Shown here in pieces: positions 58,901-64,000 of a stretch of DNA of 64,000 nt (position 1 is its first letter; each line of letters opens with the position of its first letter). The DNA comes from Lingula anatina (lineage: Eukaryota; Animalia; Brachiopoda). Made by a program: the position numbers and the translations under genes. Below the pieces are notes generated by a model. That model was given only the letters and a program-made list of their open reading frames with translations. It did not search any database and was not told the origin of the DNA. The stretch is from positions 2,294,001-2,358,000 of the forward strand of contig CM120647.1 of NCBI GenBank assembly GCA_051362555.1, given 5' to 3'.

Positions 58901-61900
58901 TAATTTTGATAAATCTTGTCCAATATTTGCGTAATTTGGATAGATGATGCATAACAACAATAAAAATCTGTGAAAAGCTCATCAATTGACTGTGTCTCAT
59001 GAGAAAACTGAAAATTACATTGAGAAGTCTGCTAAATTCGGTGCCTTAATTTAGTTAAACGTTAATAATTTTGACAAATCTATTCCAATATCTGTGAAAT
59101 TTGGAGAGATGATGCATAACAACAATAAAAATCTGTGATAACCTCATCAGTGGACTATTTCTAGTGAAAAAGATTTTTTCAACAATATAATTTAGAAAAT
59201 TGAATGTCACATTGAAAAGACTGCCAAAGTCCATGACTTCAAATAGTTAAATGCTAATAATTTTCACAAATCTTGTCCAATATTTGTGAAATTTGTACAA
59301 ATGATGCTTAAAATCAATGAAAATCTGTGATTAGATCATCAGTTGACTGGGTCCAATGAAAAATATTTTTTTAGGACAATAAATTTGACAAAACTGAAAA
59401 TAACACTGAAAAGACTGCCAAATTTCATGATATATAATAGTTTAACGTTAATAATTTTAACAAATCTTGTCCAATATTTGTGAAATTTGGGCATATGATG
59501 CTGAACAATAATAAAAACCTGTGGTAAGCTTAACAGTTGACTGTGTGTAATAGAAGTGTAATTGTCCTCTGAAAAAAAATATATACCCATTAAAAACTTC
59601 TCCATACTACCAATACCAGATGCAGATTCCTATTTCACAATTGGTTTCTAGAATTGGTTTAACACACCATTTGACAATGTTCTAAAGCTTGCCACATACC
59701 ATCTATTGTACACATGGATGAGACAGACCATTGCTCTTGCTTTTGTCTTTCACTGCCTGTTTTTTCTACAGAAATTAGCCACGACCAGACACGAAGAATC
59801 AGTTCATCAAAAAACCCACCACGCTGTATGGAAAAGGTTACCTGGAAAAGGAACAATATATTTGAAAAAAGTGAAAATTAAATTTTAAAAATTGACAAAT
59901 TTCACAGACTAAAATAGTTAAACATTAATAGCTTTGATATAGTTTAGTTTAACAGTTGACTGTGTCTAAAAAAAAGGATATCTTTGGAACTGAAAATAAC
60001 ACTGAAAAGACTGCCAAAGTCCTTGACTTCAAATAGTTAAACATTAATAATTTTGACAAATCAAGTCCAATATTTGTGAAATTTGTACCAATCATGCATA
60101 ACATCAATAAAAATCTGTGAAAAGCAAATCAGTTGACAATGTCCAATGAAAAAGATTTTTTCAGAACATATAAATTAGAGAAACTTGAAAATAACATTGA
60201 AAACACTGACAATGCTATGCCTTAAAATAGTTAAACATTAATAATTTTTACAAACCTAGTCCAATATTTGCGTTATTTGGATAGATGATGCATAACAACA
60301 ATAAAAATCTGTGAAAAGCTCATCAGTTGACTGTTTCTAGTGAAAAAGATTTTTTCAACAATATAATTTAGAAAACTGAATGTTACATTGAAAAGACTGC
60401 CAAAGTCCATGACTTCAAATAGTTAAACATTAATAATTTTGACAAATCTTGTCCAATATTTGTGGAATTTGGACAAATGATGCTGAACAATAATAAAAAT
60501 CTGTGATAAGCTCATCAGTTGACTGGGTCTAATGAAAAAGATTTTTTTTGGACAATAAATTTGACAAAACTGAAAAAAAAAAATTTAAAGACTGCCAAAT
60601 TTCATGGTATAATATAGTTAAACGTTAATAATTTTGACAAATCTTGTCTAATATTTGTGAAATTTGGGCAAATGATGCTGAACAATAATAAAAATCTGTG
60701 ATAAGCTCATCAATTGACTGTTTCTAGTGAAAAAGATTTTTTCGACAATATAATTGAGAAAACTGAATGTTACATTGAAAAGACTGCCAAAGTCCATGAC
60801 TTCAAATAGTTAAATGTTAATAATTTTGACAAAACTTGTCCAATATTTGTGGAATTTGGACAAATGATGCTGAACAATAATAAAAATATGTGATAAGCTC
60901 ATCAGTTGACTGGGTCCAATGAAAAGGATTTTTTTTGGACAATAAATTCGACAAAACTGGAAATTACACTGAAAAGACTGCCAAATTTCATGGTAAAATA
61001 TAGTTAAATGTTAATAACTTTGACATATCTTGTCCAATATTTGTGAAATTTGGGCAAATGATGCTGAACAATAATAAAAATCTGTGATAAGCTCATCAGT
61101 TGACTGGGTCTAATGAAAAAGATTTTCTTCGGACAATAAATTTGACAAAACTGAAAATAGCACTGAAAAGACTGCCAAATTTCATGATATATAATAGTTT
61201 AACGTTAATAATTTTAACAAATCTTGTCCAATATTTGTGAAATTTGGGCATATGATGCTGAACAATACTGAAAATCTGTGGTAAGCTTATCAGTTGACTG
61301 TGTGTAATAAAAGTGTAATTGCCCTCTGAAAAAAAATATATACCCACTCAAGACTTCTCCTTACTACCAATACCAGATGCAGATTCCTCCTTACAATTTG
61401 TTTCTGGAATCGGGTTTAGCACACCATTTGTTCTAAAGCTTGCCACATACCATCTATTGTACACATGGAGGAGACAGACCATTGCTCTTGCTGTTGTCTT
61501 TCACTGCCTGTTTTTTCTACAGGAATTAGCCATGACCAGACAGGAAGAATCAGTTCATCAAAAAACCCACCACGCTGTATGGAAAAGGTTACCTGGAAAA
61601 GGAACAATATATTTGAAAAAAGTGAAAATTAAATTTTAAAAATTGACAAGTTTCACAGACTAAAAAAGTTTAACATTAATAACTTTGATAAAGTTAAGTT
61701 TAACAGTTGACTGTGTCTTATAAAAAGGATATCTTTGGAACTGAAAATAACACTGCCAAAGTCCTTGACTTCAAATAGTTAAACATTAATAATTTTGACA
61801 AATCAAGTCCAATATTTGTGAAATTTGTACCAATCATGCAAAACATCAATAAAAATCTGTGAAAAGCAAATCAGTTGACAATGTCCAATGAAAAAGATTT

Positions 61901-64000
61901 TTTCAGAACATATAAATTTGAGAAAACTGAAAATGACATTGAAAACACTGACAATGCTATGCCTTAAAATAGTTAAACGTTAATAATTTTGACAAATCTA
62001 GTCCAATATTTGCGAAATTTGGATAGATGATGCATAACAACAATAAAAATCTGTGAAAAGCTCATCAGTTGACTGTGTCTCATGAAAAAGATATTTTCAG
62101 AGCATATAAATTTGAAAAAACTGAAAATTACATTGAGAAGTCTGCCAAATTCGGTGCCTTAATATAGTTAAACGTTAATAATTTTGACAAATCTAGTCCA
62201 ATATCTGTCAAATTTGGAGAGATGATGCATAACAACAATAAAAATCTGTGATAACCTCATCTGTTTCTATTGAAAAAAAATTTTTCAACAATATAATTTA
62301 GAAAACTGAATGTTACATTGAAAAGACTGCCAAAGTCCATGACTTCAAATAGTTAAACATTAATAATTTTGACAAATCTTGTCCAATATTTGTGGAATTT
62401 GGACAAATGATGCTAAACAATAATAAAAATCTATGATAAGCTCATCAGTTGACTGGGTCCAATGAAAAAGAGTTTTTTTGGACAATAAATTTGACAAAAC
62501 TGAAAATAACACTGAAAAGATGCCAAATTTCATGGTATAAAATAGTTAAACGTTAATAATTTTGACAAATCTTGTCCAATATTTGTGAAATTGGGGCATA
62601 TGATGCTGAACAATAATAAAAATCTGTGGTAAACTTATCAGTTGACTGTGTGTGATAGAAGTGTAATTGTCCTCTGAAAAAAATATATACCCATTCGAGA
62701 CTTCTCCTTACTACCAATACCAGATGCAGATTCCTCCTTACAATTGGTTTCTGGAATCAGGTTTAGCACACCATTTGACAATGTTCTAAAGCTTGCCATA
62801 TACCATCTATTGTTCACATGGATGAGACAGACCATTGCTCTTGCTGTTGTCTTTCACTGCCTGTTTTTTCTACAGGAATTCGCCATGACCAGACAGGAAG
62901 AATCAGTTCATCAAAAAACCCACCACGCTGTATGGAAAAAGGTTATCTGGAAAAAGGACAATATATTTGAAAAAAGTGAAAATTAAATTTTCAAAACTGA
63001 CAAATTTTACAGACTAAAATAGTTAAACATTAATAACTTTGATAAAGTTAAGTTTAACAGTTGACTGGGTCTAATAAAAAGGATATCTTTGGAACTGAAA
63101 ATAACACTGAAAAGACTGCTAAAGTCCTTGACTTCAAATAGTTAAACATTAATAATTTTGACAAATCAAGTCCAATATTTGTGAAATTTGTACCAATCAT
63201 GCATAACATCAATAAAAATCTGTGAAAAGCTCATCAGTTGACTGTGTCCCATAAAAAAGATATTTTCAGAGCATATAAATTTGAAAAAACTGAAAATTAC
63301 GGTGAGAAGTCTGCCAAATTCGGTGCCTTAATATAGTTAAACGTTAATAATTTTGACAAATCTAGTCCAATATCTGTGAAATTTGGAGAGATGATGCATA
63401 ACAACAATACAAATCTGTGATAAGCTCATCAGTTGACTGGGTCCAATGAAAAAGTTCTTTTTGGACAATAAATTTGACAAAACTGAAAATAACACTGAAA
63501 AGACTGCCAAATTTCATGGTATAAAATAGTTAAACGTTAATAATTTTGACAAATCTTGTCCAATATTTGTGAAATTTGGGCATATGATGCTGAACAATAA
63601 TAAAAATCTGTGGTAAGCTTATCAGTTGACTGTGTGTAATAGAAGTGTAATTGTCCTCTGAAAAAAAATATATACCCATTCGAGACTTCTCCTTACTACC
63701 AATACCAGATGCAGATTCCTCCTTACAATTGGTTTCTGGAATCAGGTTTAGCACACCATTTGACAATGTTCTAAAGCTTGCCATATACCATCTATTGTTC
63801 ACATGGATGAGACAGACCATTGCTCTTGCTGTTGTCTTTCACTGCCTGTTTTTTCTACAGGAATTCGCCATGACCAGACAGGAAGAATCAGTTCATCAAA
63901 AAACCCACCACGCTGTATGGAAAAAGGTTATCTGGAAAAAGGACAATATATTTGAAAAAAGTGAAAATTAAATTTTAAAAATTGACAAATTTTACAGACT

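Larger units (their letters stand above)
51300..64000. repeat. AT-rich satellite DNA (~192-195-bp monomer) with higher-order structure, running off the window end
   Basis: The CAGTTGACTG landmark recurs at 60324, 60516, 60711, 60903, 61097 and 61291. Monomers are degenerate from ~51.3 kb and homogeneous after ~59 kb. Confidence 0.93.

Noticed and set aside
54725-63971. Recurrent 60-106-aa ORFs (LATYHLLYTWMRQTIALA...) as a tandem gene family
   Set aside because: They lie in the satellite cassette, and the copies differ by frameshifts and stops with no consistent start.
56515-64000. Regularly spaced repeats as a CRISPR array
   Set aside because: Whole 145-bp and 193-bp units repeat with no unique spacers, there are no cas genes, and the context is a spliceosomal eukaryotic genome.

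Overview
Eukaryotic (metazoan, AT-rich, intron-rich) genomic DNA. A marine invertebrate such as a lophotrochozoan is my inference from the repeat and domain content, not something the sequence proves. The window has one large + strand gene, which I reconstructed by hand as 43 coding exons from 6255 to 39148. All splice phases are consistent, giving 13,263 nt and about 4,420 aa. It encodes a type-I membrane protein with this order: signal peptide; three Bark beetle/Anakonda-like super-repeats (G8-like, SRCR, right-handed beta-helix, CUB-like); chitin-binding type-2 (CBM14); C-type lectin; 2 EGF; PSI; a ~670-aa uncharacterised region; Cys-rich repeats; EGF; VWD with a GDPH site; C8-like; 10 tenascin-type EGF; 2 cadherin repeats; S/T stalk; TM; short tail. 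Several exons, including the CBM14 and GDPH exons, are absent from the ORF track in their coding frame. Around and inside the gene are a decayed L1/Tx1 LINE, a Tc1/mariner transposase relic and several MITEs, one nested in another. From about 51.3 kb to the end is the edge of a ~193-bp satellite with higher-order repeats of 8, 6 and 4 units. It is invaded by Kolobok-like and CMC-like MITEs and by two Helentron-like elements, one of which carries its own 11 x ~145-bp array. There is no prokaryotic system or CRISPR array. Domain calls come from motif recognition by eye, not from database searches.
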